Shown: positions 29,500-38,616 of the stretch, piece after piece
Layout: the number at the start of each line of letters is the position of its first letter
Position numbering within the stretch: the first letter of the stretch is position 1
Assembly: GCA_044376115.1 (NCBI GenBank)
Contig: JBILLK010000002.1
Span: 421,673-485,672 of the forward strand
From: Polyangiaceae bacterium
GTDB taxonomy: Bacteria; Myxococcota_A; Polyangia; Polyangiales; Polyangiaceae
Length of the DNA stretch: 64,000 bases
Direction: 5' to 3'
Translations under genes and position numbers: made by a program
The notes under the pieces: generated by a model
What the model saw: the letters and a program-made list of their open reading frames with translations, nothing else
Databases searched by the model: none
What the model was told of the DNA's origin: nothing

Positions 29500-30642
29500 T
29501 CAGTAGCCTTCCGTTTTCGAAATAATCTCGTTCATGATCTCACGCGTTCCACCGCCGATCGGGTAGAGGCGGGCGTCTCGATACAGTCGCTCAACCACCG
29601 ACTCACGCATGTAGCCGTAGCCGCCGTGGATCTGCACGGCCTCGGTTACGACGTGCATGACCGCGTCGGTTGCTGTGTTCTTCGCCATTGCGGCCATCGC
29701 GGTGACGGCGTCTCCGCGCAGGAGCCGCACAACCGTGGCTTCCACCAGCGCTCGCGCTGCGGCGATCTTGGTAGCCATGTCAGCGAGCTTGTGACGAATC
29801 ACCTGGAAGCCGCTGAGCGTCTTGCCAAACGCGTGGCGTGCGCGCGCGTAGGTAACCGATTCGCTGTAAGCGAGCTCGGCGATGTTCACACACTGCGAGG
29901 CGATCAGAATTCGCTCGTTGGCGAAGTTCATCATGATCGGCACGAAGCCTTGGTTCTCCTCGCCGATCAGGTTCGACACCGGCACGCGCACCTCGTCGAA
30001 CGAAAGTTCGGCTGTGTCGGAGGCCCACCACCCCGTCTTCTTCAGCTTCCGAGAGACGTGAAAGCCCTTACGATCGGTTTCGATCACGAGCAGGCTGACG
30101 CCTCCGTGACCTGGCCCACCGGTGCGCACGGCCGTGGTAACGAAGTCTGCGCGACAACCGGACGTGATGAAGGTCTTGCTGCCGCTCACGACGTACTCAT
30201 CGCCGTCGCGGACCGCACGCGTGGCAAGCGAAGCAACGTCGGAGCCGCCGCCGGGCTCGGTGATTCCGAGAGCGCTGACGGCCTCTCCGCGCAGCACTGG
30301 TCTCACGAAGCGGTCGATCTGATCGGCCGTGCCGAGCCGCACGATCGGTGGCAGCGCGATGCCGTGGCTCCCCAATCCAACCACGACACCGACGTTCTGG
30401 CCCTCGAGCAACATGGCTGAACTCGCCGCGAGGACGTGCGATAAATCCCCGCCGCCGCCGCCCATCTCGGTCGGGTAGCCAACGCCGAGCACACCTGCTT
30501 CCGCGGCTTGACGATAGAGCTCACGTGGGAACTCTTCGGCCTCATCCCAAGCATGGGCGTTTGGGCGAATGTGCTCGCGCGCAAAACGGCCAACCTGCTT
30601 ACGAAGCGCCTCGTGAGCCTCGGTCTCGTAAAACGGCACCAT
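29500..30642 (-). CDS. Acyl-CoA dehydrogenase
   Basis: GITEPGGGSD, GSKTFITSG, QIHGGYGY, IGGGT.EIM. Confidence 0.95.
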   Translation of the reverse strand: MVPFYETEAHEALRKQVGRFAREHIRPNAHAWDEAEEFPRELYRQAAEAGVLGVGYPTEMGGGGGDLSHVLAASSAMLLEGQNVGVVVGLGSHGIALPPIVRLGTADQIDRFVRPVLRGEAVSALGITEPGGGSDVASLATRAVRDGDEYVVSGSKTFITSGCRADFVTTAVRTGGPGHGGVSLLVIETDRKGFHVSRKLKKTGWWASDTAELSFDEVRVPVSNLIGEENQGFVPIMMNFANERILIASQCVNIAELAYSESVTYARARHAFGKTLSGFQVIRHKLADMATKIAAARALVEATVVRLLRGDAVTAMAAMAKNTATDAVMHVVTEAVQIHGGYGYMRESVVERLYRDARLYPIGGGTREIMNEIISKTEGY

Positions 30643-31025
30643 CAGTCGAAGGCCGAATTCGGCGACGGAGCAGCGGGTTTGTTGCCGGGCTTGGCGGGAG
30701 CGCCGGGCTTGGCGGAAACAGCGGGCTTAGCCGACGGTCCCGCTTTGGCCGAAGCTGCGGCTGAGGCACCCGGAACCGCCGCCGAGGCACTGGCCGTGGC
30801 CGTTACCGACGGCGCGGCCGTGGGGCGCGGGGGGGCGCTCGCCGCCGGCGGAGGGGCTTTGGCGGAAGGCGCGGGCGCAGCCGAAGCCGCCGGGGCTTTG
30901 CGTTTGGGAACCTCACTCACCACCTGGAAGCGGTTGGGTTCAGTCAAACCGTCGCAACCGAGAGCCGCGAGAAGAGGAAAAATTACTAGACATTTCAAGC
31001 GGGTACGCTCGCTTCGCAACACCAT
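30642..31025 (-). CDS. Small Ala/Pro-rich lipoprotein
   Basis: Lipobox ALGC; low-complexity tail; stop overlaps the acyl-CoA dehydrogenase start. Confidence 0.6.
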   Translation of the reverse strand: MVLRSERTRLKCLVIFPLLAALGCDGLTEPNRFQVVSEVPKRKAPAASAAPAPSAKAPPPAASAPPRPTAAPSVTATASASAAVPGASAAASAKAGPSAKPAVSAKPGAPAKPGNKPAAPSPNSAFD

Positions 31026-31070
31026 GGGGCGCAGCCTACCATCGAGCCGTGATAGGACAAACGAGAAGCC

Positions 31071-32294
31071 ATGGATCATCGCTTTCGAACGCTCTTCAAT
31101 CAGCGCTACACCGACGCCTTCTATCAGGGCTTTCTTCGCGACCTCGAGGGTCGTGTCGGATGTCCGATTCCCTACCGCGTAGCGGAGACGCCGTTCTTCG
31201 TGCCTTCGGACCTAAGGGATCGACTGGCGACGCACGCACGCGAGATCCTCGCGCTCGTTACCGAGAAGCAAGCGCTCGAACGCATGGCCGCGGCGATTCC
31301 CAGCAACTGGAACGTGCCGCGAATGGACGCTCAGCCTCATTGCGTTCAGATCGATTTTGCGATTGTACAGAATGAGGACGGCTCCCTCGATGGCCGCGTC
31401 GTCGAACTGCAGGCCTTCCCTTCCCTCTACAGCTTGATGGTGCTCAAGCTCGAGGCTGCGCGCACCGCTCTCGCGGCGATGTCGCCCGAGCTCGACCGTG
31501 ATTGGTCAATCTACTTCAGCAAGCTCACGCGCGAGACCTTCGTTCCGCGACTGGCCTCAGCCATCTTGGACGGTAACGATCCTGAGGAGGTCGTGCTGCT
31601 CGATCTCTCGCCAGAGACGCAGAAGACCTACCCCGACTTCGTCGCGACGAAGATTCTGGTGGGCATCGATGCGGTCTGCCCAACGAAGCTGATCAAGGTC
31701 AAGAACCAACTGTTCCGCGAGAAGGACGGCCGCAGAGTTCCGGTTCGCCGCATCTTCAATCGCATCGTCTTCGACGAGCTCGGCAAAGCCAACGTCAAGT
31801 TGCCGTTCGACTACACCGAAGACCTCGATGTCTCATGGTGCAGCCATCCCAACTGGTATTGGGTGATCTCGAAGTACTCGCTTCCTTTCGTTCACCACCC
31901 CGCAGTTCCGCGAGCACGTACGCTAGCCGAGATTGGCGCTGACGTTCCCGGGGACCTCGAAAACTACGTACTCAAGCCGCTGTTCTCGTTTGCCGGAGGC
32001 GGCGTGAAGGTGGATGTGACGCGAGCCGATGTGGACGCCGTGCCCGAAGCGGAGCGCGCGGGCTACATCCTGCAAGAGAAGATCACCTACCACCCCGGAA
32101 TCCCAATGCCCGATGGTAACGGCGTAAAGGCCGAGGTCCGCATGATGTTCTTGCGCACGCCGGGCGAGACGACTCCCCAGCTCTGTCTCAACTTGGTGCG
32201 GCTCTCACGTGGGAAAATGTTGGGCGTGGACCAGAACAAGAACCTCACCTGGGTAGGCGGCGGAATCGGCCTGTTCGACGGTCCGGGCGCCTAA
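31071..32294 (+). CDS. Circularly permuted ATP-grasp-type amidoligase-like protein
   Basis: IDF...VELQ in the N-terminal half; VLKPLFSFAGGGV, YILQEKI, EVRM in the C-terminal half. Confidence 0.7.
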   Translation: MDHRFRTLFNQRYTDAFYQGFLRDLEGRVGCPIPYRVAETPFFVPSDLRDRLATHAREILALVTEKQALERMAAAIPSNWNVPRMDAQPHCVQIDFAIVQNEDGSLDGRVVELQAFPSLYSLMVLKLEAARTALAAMSPELDRDWSIYFSKLTRETFVPRLASAILDGNDPEEVVLLDLSPETQKTYPDFVATKILVGIDAVCPTKLIKVKNQLFREKDGRRVPVRRIFNRIVFDELGKANVKLPFDYTEDLDVSWCSHPNWYWVISKYSLPFVHHPAVPRARTLAEIGADVPGDLENYVLKPLFSFAGGGVKVDVTRADVDAVPEAERAGYILQEKITYHPGIPMPDGNGVKAEVRMMFLRTPGETTPQLCLNLVRLSRGKMLGVDQNKNLTWVGGGIGLFDGPGA

Positions 32295-32305
32295 GCTTCC
32301 GCAAG

Positions 32306-33295
32306 TCAGCTCGCGAGCACCCAAGCTCCACCGACGACCGAGAGCGCCAACGCGCCTAGCAGCGCCTCGGCCGGCCACTTCACCTTCGGTAGCCAGCGCA
32401 CCGCTAGCGCGATCGGGATACCGACGACCAAGCCAGCGGCGAACCCGAACACGTGCGCGAGTACGTCGGTCTCGGGGCTCGCCCCCAGCGTGCCCAAAAG
32501 CGTTAGCCCGCCGACGACAGGCGCTACGAACTCTGTCCATGCGCGCTTCCCCTCGGGCGTCCAACTGCGCCTTGCGAAGGCGACCATCTGCAAGGTGGCC
32601 AATAGGCCGATGATCGCGAACACACCCGTCGAGGCGCCGATCGATGCGTGGTGCAGGCCCTCGGAGCGGTAGAACAGCCCGTTGGCGAGGTTGCCCAAGG
32701 TGCCCGCCGTAACCACACCGAAGAGCGCCGTTCCAGGGCCTGCTCGGCGTTCGAGTGCGCGTCCAAAGATACTGCCGGAGACGAGGTTGGAGACGACGTG
32801 GGCGCCATCCGCATGCAAAGTCAACGCGGTGACGGCGCGATACGGCTCTTCCAAGATCCGGGCTGCAACGCTCGCACCTCGCTCGAAGTACGCGCCGTTG
32901 GGCGAGGCCACAGGGCCCGTGATCCACGCGAACAAGACCAAGGCAACGAAGGCCAACGCCAGCATGGGAATGCCGCCATAGCGCGGCCGTTCACGCTGGA
33001 CCTTGGGCGGGAAGTTGCGATTTTCCTCCTCGTACGAGTTGAGGTTCTTGCGTGCGCGTGCGTAGTCCCGGTCATGCACGAGCAAGAACGCACCATGCGC
33101 GGCGTGCACCACTGAGTGAGGAATGCCCACCGAAGTCAGCACGAGCGCTCCCTCACGCAGCGACTTCTCACTGAGGTGCGGACCGATGGCCGTGAGACCA
33201 GGCGGCGGTACCGCTGGAACAGCGGGAACCTCCGTTTCCGACGAGTGACCGACCAAGAGGTTGAAGCTGGAGCCTGCATTGGTGGGCAGCGTCAT
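32306..33295 (-). CDS. Rhomboid intramembrane serine protease
   Basis: H....HV.SN, GAST (catalytic Ser), AHVFGF (catalytic His); soluble N-terminal domain. Confidence 0.9.
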   Translation of the reverse strand: MTLPTNAGSSFNLLVGHSSETEVPAVPAVPPPGLTAIGPHLSEKSLREGALVLTSVGIPHSVVHAAHGAFLLVHDRDYARARKNLNSYEEENRNFPPKVQRERPRYGGIPMLALAFVALVLFAWITGPVASPNGAYFERGASVAARILEEPYRAVTALTLHADGAHVVSNLVSGSIFGRALERRAGPGTALFGVVTAGTLGNLANGLFYRSEGLHHASIGASTGVFAIIGLLATLQMVAFARRSWTPEGKRAWTEFVAPVVGGLTLLGTLGASPETDVLAHVFGFAAGLVVGIPIALAVRWLPKVKWPAEALLGALALSVVGGAWVLAS

Positions 33296-33375
33296 GATGC
33301 CCGCAGCTTGAGGCTCGTTTGCGGAGTGTCAACCGTCGCTTGCGACGGCGGGCGAGACCGTCTACCCCTTGAGGC

Positions 33376-33759
33376 GTGACCTCAGCTCTCACTCAGGGAA
33401 TCAAGGTGACTGTAACGAGCCAATACGTGCCGCAACAGTCGTCACCACAGGGGAAACGGTATGTTTTCGCCTATACCGTGAAGATTCAGAACGAGGGTTC
33501 CACGGCCGCCCAGCTCAAGACGCGCCACTGGATCATCACCGACGGCAACGGCAAGGTGGAGGAGGTCCGCGGGCCGGGTGTCGTTGGGCAGCAGCCGCTG
33601 CTGCGACCGGGAGAGCAGTTCGAGTATACGAGCGGCTGCGTGCTGGAGACGCCGCGTGGTTCGATGCGCGGTAGCTACCAGATGTTTCGCCAAGACGGCT
33701 CGTCGTTCGACGCGCAGATCGCGCCCTTTAGCCTGGCCCTGCCGTACTCGCTGAACTGA
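33376..33759 (+). CDS. apaG: ApaG (DUF525)
   Basis: YVFAY.V.I.N, RHWIITD, V.G.GVVG.QP, YTSG. Confidence 0.95.
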   Translation: MTSALTQGIKVTVTSQYVPQQSSPQGKRYVFAYTVKIQNEGSTAAQLKTRHWIITDGNGKVEEVRGPGVVGQQPLLRPGEQFEYTSGCVLETPRGSMRGSYQMFRQDGSSFDAQIAPFSLALPYSLN

Positions 33760-33878
33760 GGCTTTCGTCGCACAATCAGGTGAACGTTGAGCGCCAACTC
33801 TCACCTGGTTGTGCTACAAGCGAGGTTCGTACTTGCTTGTTCGTCCGCTCTGCCTTCGCGAGCACTGAGGAGAATTCC

Positions 33879-35432
33879 ATGAAGCGACACTTTCGATCGG
33901 CGACGCTCTTTGGTTTTGGCTGCCTGATCGCGGCAGGCTTTGGCTGCTCGGCCGGCGTGGACGATGAGGCGGGAGGCGGGCCGACCACCACGGGTGGAAG
34001 CGGTGGCGCTGTGACCGGTGGCGGCGGCTCAGGTCCCACCACCACCACCGGTGGAAACGGCGGTATCGGCGGCTCAGGAGGAAGCACCTTCGTGCAGTCC
34101 GGCGGCTCCGGTGGCAGCGGCGGTGAAGGCGGGTCGATCATCAATCCCTGCGGCACCGGCTGCGGCCCCCAGGAACTTTGCGATGGCATCAACAAGGGCC
34201 TCGATGACGACTGCGACGGCGACGTCGACGAGGGTTGCGCGTGTTCGGGTGGTCAGGCGTCCTCCTGCTTCCGCGGGGATTCGTCCTACCTCGAAGATCC
34301 GGGTTGTGCTCCCGGCACGATGCAGTGCACCGAGAACGGCCAATGGGGCCCCTGCACCGGCGGTAAGCACGCGTTCATCGACGCCTCCAATCCCGAGCTG
34401 TGCTTCAACGCTGACCAGATGGGCTGTCACCCGATCAACGGCGTGCCCTTCCAGGTGATCGACCTGTCGCAAGGCGCCGGTAACTTTGATGATGGCGCGG
34501 ACACCGAGATGTACGAGGTCGCTTGTCCGGCGGGCGTTAGCCCGTGCCCGATGGTGAGCGGCTCAGACTTTACCGCGCTGCAATCGGGTGAGTACACGGT
34601 CACCTATACCAAGACCGAGGGCGGAAACACCGAGAGCTGCGAGTTCCCGCTGTACATCGGCGCGCGCGGTCTTCGCGTGGAGCTTTCCTGGGACTACCCG
34701 GCTGGCAGCAGCGTCGATCTCGACCTGCACTTGAAGCAGCCGGATTCCACCTTGCAGTGGGATCTGACTGGCAGCGGCTCTCCCCAGGATTGTGGTTGGG
34801 GTAACTGCAAAGCGAATGACTTCCTCCCGCCAGCTTCGGGAACCGCCCCCAACTGGTTCCCGGCCAACAACGTGCCCCCGGATCCGGTCAACTGGTACGA
34901 AGACCCCGTTTTCGAGTCGAACCTCTGCTACTTCGCCCCTCGCGGCGAGGGCACGGCCTGGGCAAACGGTATGCAAGGCTGTCACAGCCCCCGGCTCGAT
35001 CTCGACAACATCTCCTGCGACGTGACCCAGACCAACGCTTCCTCCACGAGCTTCTGCGCCCCGGAGAACATCAACATCGACTATCCGCCGAAGGATCAGT
35101 GGATGCGTGTGGCCGTGCACCAGTTCAGCAATTTCGGCAGCAACACCATCCACCCGACGATCAAGATCTTCTGCGATGGTGCGTTGGCGGCAGAGCTCGG
35201 CCCCCAAGGCTTCTACGAGCCGGAGGCGCCCTTCACGTGGACCTCGGCTGACTCGGACAAGGTTTGGATCGTGGCCGACGTGCTCTTCCACGAAGACGAG
35301 TGCGTGAAGCAGTGCATCGTTGAGCCGCTGTACCTCGCCGGTACCAAGAACCCGTTCGTGTTGACGGATCCGCAGGCGTCGTCGCCCAACGGCAACGGAC
35401 CTCCCTACGCGCAGAACCCGTTCTTGCAGTGA
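33879..35432 (+). CDS. Cys-rich surface lipoprotein with MopE-like repeat and YfaP-like domain
   Basis: GAGGAG SD; lipobox GFGC; Gly-rich linker; CDG..DDDCDG.VDE; LRVELSW..DLDLHL, PENINI. Confidence 0.8.
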   Translation: MKRHFRSATLFGFGCLIAAGFGCSAGVDDEAGGGPTTTGGSGGAVTGGGGSGPTTTTGGNGGIGGSGGSTFVQSGGSGGSGGEGGSIINPCGTGCGPQELCDGINKGLDDDCDGDVDEGCACSGGQASSCFRGDSSYLEDPGCAPGTMQCTENGQWGPCTGGKHAFIDASNPELCFNADQMGCHPINGVPFQVIDLSQGAGNFDDGADTEMYEVACPAGVSPCPMVSGSDFTALQSGEYTVTYTKTEGGNTESCEFPLYIGARGLRVELSWDYPAGSSVDLDLHLKQPDSTLQWDLTGSGSPQDCGWGNCKANDFLPPASGTAPNWFPANNVPPDPVNWYEDPVFESNLCYFAPRGEGTAWANGMQGCHSPRLDLDNISCDVTQTNASSTSFCAPENINIDYPPKDQWMRVAVHQFSNFGSNTIHPTIKIFCDGALAAELGPQGFYEPEAPFTWTSADSDKVWIVADVLFHEDECVKQCIVEPLYLAGTKNPFVLTDPQASSPNGNGPPYAQNPFLQ

Positions 35433-35456
35433 GCAAGGCTGCAAGCAGCTGACGGT

Positions 35457-35492
35457 TGGAGAGAGGGAACCTCAATGAGGTTCCCTCTTCCA
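35457..35492. terminator. Strong inverted repeat between convergent genes
   Basis: AGAGGGAACCTCA-A-TGAGGTTCCCTCT (13-bp perfect arms) extended by TGGA/TCCA. Confidence 0.6.
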
Positions 35493-35548
35493 CATTTGGC
35501 GCTCGACCACCTCCGTTCGTCCGCGCCGGTTGGACGCGCCATTCGCTT

Positions 35549-36541
35549 CTAGCGGCCCGTGGTCGAGAGCGTGTTCCAGAAGAGGATGGTCTCGCGAGGA
35601 CGCGCGCGCGCGAGCAACGAAAGAGCCGCGAGCGCCTTCCCGATGTACGTGCACTCGCCGGCAACGCCAAAGAGCTCCTCGAAGCGTTTGGCTCCCGCCT
35701 CCGCGGCAGGTGTGCTGCGGCCGTAGCCCGGCCCTAGAAAGCGTGGCTCTACCGTGAGCGACAGGGGCTTGCTTCGGCTCGGACCGCCGTACCGCTCGAG
35801 CAGATTCTCGGTGCGACGGGCGAGCGAACGCAGCGTGAACTGGTTGGACGCGAGGGGCTCGGTGATACGAACGGCTACGACTTCGATCTCGAGGTTCGCG
35901 AGCGCACTGCCTACGGCCAAACCGACGGCGGTACCGCCACTTCCACACGCCACTACGATCGAGTCGGGCTTTGGAGCGAGCCCAAGGTCGATCTGTTGTT
36001 TGAGTTCGAGCAGCGCGTCGACGTAGCTGAGGTTGGCCAACGCACCCGAAGCCCCCGGACCAATCAAGTAGCTATCACGCGTGCGGGCGAACTCGAGCAG
36101 CGTGCGAGCGGCGGTGGACGCGTAACCGCCGGAGCGGATGCAGGTGCTGCCGAAGCGAAGGTTGGCGAGCTGCGCGCTCTCGACGAAGGAGGACGCCTCT
36201 TGGTCGAATAGCAGCGCCTTCACTCGAAAACCCAGCGCGGTACCGTGCGCCGACAAGCTCGTGACCTGAGTCGAACCCAGGCCGCCAACGGTAAGCAAAG
36301 TCTTGGCGCCGCGAGCCGCCGCGTCGGCGAGCAGCCATTCCCAGCGTCGCACTTTGTTACCGCCGTAGATCGGCGAGACAAGGTCGTCGCGCTTGACCCA
36401 AACGCGCTCCCCGAACCCTGGCAGCGGCTCGACCGGCGTAACGGCACACAGTGGGGTGAAGGGCAGCTGCCCGAGGCGCGGTGCAAGCGCGAGTAGCGGA
36501 CGTTGTTCGGCGGTTCGAATGCGTGCCGGAGCCGCGGTCAC
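35549..36541 (-). CDS. PLP-dependent D-cysteine desulfhydrase/ACC deaminase family enzyme
   Basis: WVKRDD...YGGNKVR (PLP Lys), VVACGSGGT, GPGYG, FWNT. Confidence 0.85.
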   Translation of the reverse strand: MTAAPARIRTAEQRPLLALAPRLGQLPFTPLCAVTPVEPLPGFGERVWVKRDDLVSPIYGGNKVRRWEWLLADAAARGAKTLLTVGGLGSTQVTSLSAHGTALGFRVKALLFDQEASSFVESAQLANLRFGSTCIRSGGYASTAARTLLEFARTRDSYLIGPGASGALANLSYVDALLELKQQIDLGLAPKPDSIVVACGSGGTAVGLAVGSALANLEIEVVAVRITEPLASNQFTLRSLARRTENLLERYGGPSRSKPLSLTVEPRFLGPGYGRSTPAAEAGAKRFEELFGVAGECTYIGKALAALSLLARARPRETILFWNTLSTTGR

Positions 36542-37437
36542 GAAAGAGCGTCGGCGTTTGCGGCTGGTGCGCTGCCCGGCCGCGCATTCGAGAAGACAGC
36601 GTCGCGCACGCTCGGGTCGGAGAGATAGGACTCGGTGAGGCGCGGTCGCTTGCCGTACCCGAACGGGCCCAGCGCGGTCTTGAGCACGCCGCTAACCGCT
36701 TTGCTCGCGAACGCTGCCGCCACCAAGCGCGCGCGCGTTGCCACGGACAACGACGACAGCGGCGCATCGATCAGGCCGATGCGCATCAGCCGTAGCTCCA
36801 TCATGCGCAAGCTGTGCCGGGTGAACTCGGGCAGTTGTCGAAGGACAGGGTGGTCCTGCGGAAGATGCTTCTTCATGTAGCTTTCGACGCGCGCGACCGC
36901 GAGCGAGGTGACCACCGCTTGGCCGAGCAGCCGCGTGCGAACGGAGGGATCATTCGCCAGAGCGGCCATCGTTCGTTGTTCGCCGAAGTCCACGTGGCGC
37001 TCTTCCTGCTTCACGCCGCGCTTGAGGATGGCGACGATCTCCGGGTGATCGATGGTGTCGATGAGGGCGTAAAAGCACTGCAAAACCAGCCCTTCACCGA
37101 CTGCCATCTCCAACGCAACATGCTCCTCCCAAGTATCCGGCATCGCTCCCGTCGAAAGGAAGCGCACGGCAGGGTGCGCAGCGGCAGGCTTCTCACCGAG
37201 CAGCTGCAGGATGTGAAGGAAGTTCCCAACGTGCTGAAACTCCTCGACGGCCTGCCTCGCCAAGAAGCGCGCCGCCTCGAGATCTGGCGCGGCGTAGAGC
37301 CAATGGCCGATCTGAATGCCCGTCACTTCGCCGTAGAGGAACTGGTTGACCGCCCACCCAAGGACTTGCCGATCACGCACCGGGTCGAGCCGAGCTCCAC
37401 CAAAATCGAAGGTCATTTCTTCACGGGTCAGCAGCAT
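36538..37437 (-). CDS. Ferritin-like diiron-carboxylate protein
   Basis: GE, EEFQH, GEG, QEERH ligand pattern; GGAGG SD before ATG 37437. Confidence 0.8.
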   Translation of the reverse strand: MLLTREEMTFDFGGARLDPVRDRQVLGWAVNQFLYGEVTGIQIGHWLYAAPDLEAARFLARQAVEEFQHVGNFLHILQLLGEKPAAAHPAVRFLSTGAMPDTWEEHVALEMAVGEGLVLQCFYALIDTIDHPEIVAILKRGVKQEERHVDFGEQRTMAALANDPSVRTRLLGQAVVTSLAVARVESYMKKHLPQDHPVLRQLPEFTRHSLRMMELRLMRIGLIDAPLSSLSVATRARLVAAAFASKAVSGVLKTALGPFGYGKRPRLTESYLSDPSVRDAVFSNARPGSAPAANADALS

Positions 37438-37484
37438 GGCGCCTCCACTCGTGAGCCTAGCATCGGTTCTGTTATAGGTGCCTG

Positions 37485-38567
37485 ATGACACGAGCGATCA
37501 ACTTCAATGCTGGCCCCGCCGGGCTGCCCCTTCCGGCCCTTTTGCGAGCTCAGGAAGAACTCGTCGACTTCGAAGGCACGGGGATGAGCATCCTCGAGCA
37601 CAGTCACCGTGGAAAGGCCTTCGAGGCCGTCCACAACGAGGCCATCTCGCTACTTCGTAAACTGCTCGGCATTTCGGACGAGTACGAGGTGCTCTTCCTT
37701 CAGGGTGGTGCGAGCCAACAGTTCGCTACCGTACCGATGAATCTCCTGCCTGCTGGGCAGAGCGCTGACTACGTGATCACCGGCGGCTGGAGCGAGAAGG
37801 CCTATGAAGAAGCGCAGCGTATCGGCACGGTGCGTATCGCCGCCAACACGGTCGAGAACAAGCGCTACAAGCGCATCCCGAAGTTTGAAGAACTAGAGCT
37901 CGATGACAGTGCTGCTTACGTTCACCTAACCAGCAACAACACGCTGTTCGGCACGCAGTGGCACTCCTTCCCAAAGACGAAGGCGCCGTTGGTCGTCGAC
38001 ATGTCCAGCGACATTCTCGCGCGCCGCCTCGACATCAGTCAGTTCGGCATGATCTACGCTGGCGCACAAAAAAACATCGGACCGAGCGGAGTGGTGGTCG
38101 TGATCATGCGCAAGGAGCTGATCGAGCGCGGGCGCAAGGACATCCCGGTGATCTTTCGCTACGAGACGCACGCTAAGGCCAACAGCCTCTACAACACGCC
38201 GCCCACCTTCGCGATCTACCTGATGCGCAACGTGCTCGCGCACCTCGACTCGATCGGGCTCGAGGCGATTGAAGAGGCGAACCGCAAGAAGGGCGAGCTG
38301 CTTTACGGAGCGATCGACGAACTCTCCGACTTCTACTCGGGGCCGGTCGAGAAAGAGAGCCGCAGCTTGATGAACGTCGTGTTCAACCTACCGAGCGAGG
38401 AGTTGGAGAAGCGCTTTGTCGCCGAGGCGCAAAAGGCCAACATGGTTGGCCTAGCGGGCCACCGTTCGACGGGCGGCATCCGTGCATCCACCTACAACGC
38501 TGTATCGCTCGAGGACGTCGCGCACTTGGTCGAGTTCATGCGCTCGTTCAAGGCCAAACAAGGCTGA
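37485..38567 (+). CDS. serC: Phosphoserine aminotransferase
   Basis: [45 protein letters not shown]. Confidence 0.97.
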   Translation: MTRAINFNAGPAGLPLPALLRAQEELVDFEGTGMSILEHSHRGKAFEAVHNEAISLLRKLLGISDEYEVLFLQGGASQQFATVPMNLLPAGQSADYVITGGWSEKAYEEAQRIGTVRIAANTVENKRYKRIPKFEELELDDSAAYVHLTSNNTLFGTQWHSFPKTKAPLVVDMSSDILARRLDISQFGMIYAGAQKNIGPSGVVVVIMRKELIERGRKDIPVIFRYETHAKANSLYNTPPTFAIYLMRNVLAHLDSIGLEAIEEANRKKGELLYGAIDELSDFYSGPVEKESRSLMNVVFNLPSEELEKRFVAEAQKANMVGLAGHRSTGGIRASTYNAVSLEDVAHLVEFMRSFKAKQG

Positions 38568-38579
38568 GGAGCTGCAGCT

Positions 38580-38608
38580 TCGTGCGGCGAGGTTCACTCG
38601 CCGCACGA
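38580..38608. terminator. Hairpin between convergent serC and lipoprotein genes
   Basis: TCGTGCGGCGAG-gttca-CTCGCCGCACGA, 12-bp perfect stem. Confidence 0.6.
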
Positions 38609-38616
38609 CCACGCTC

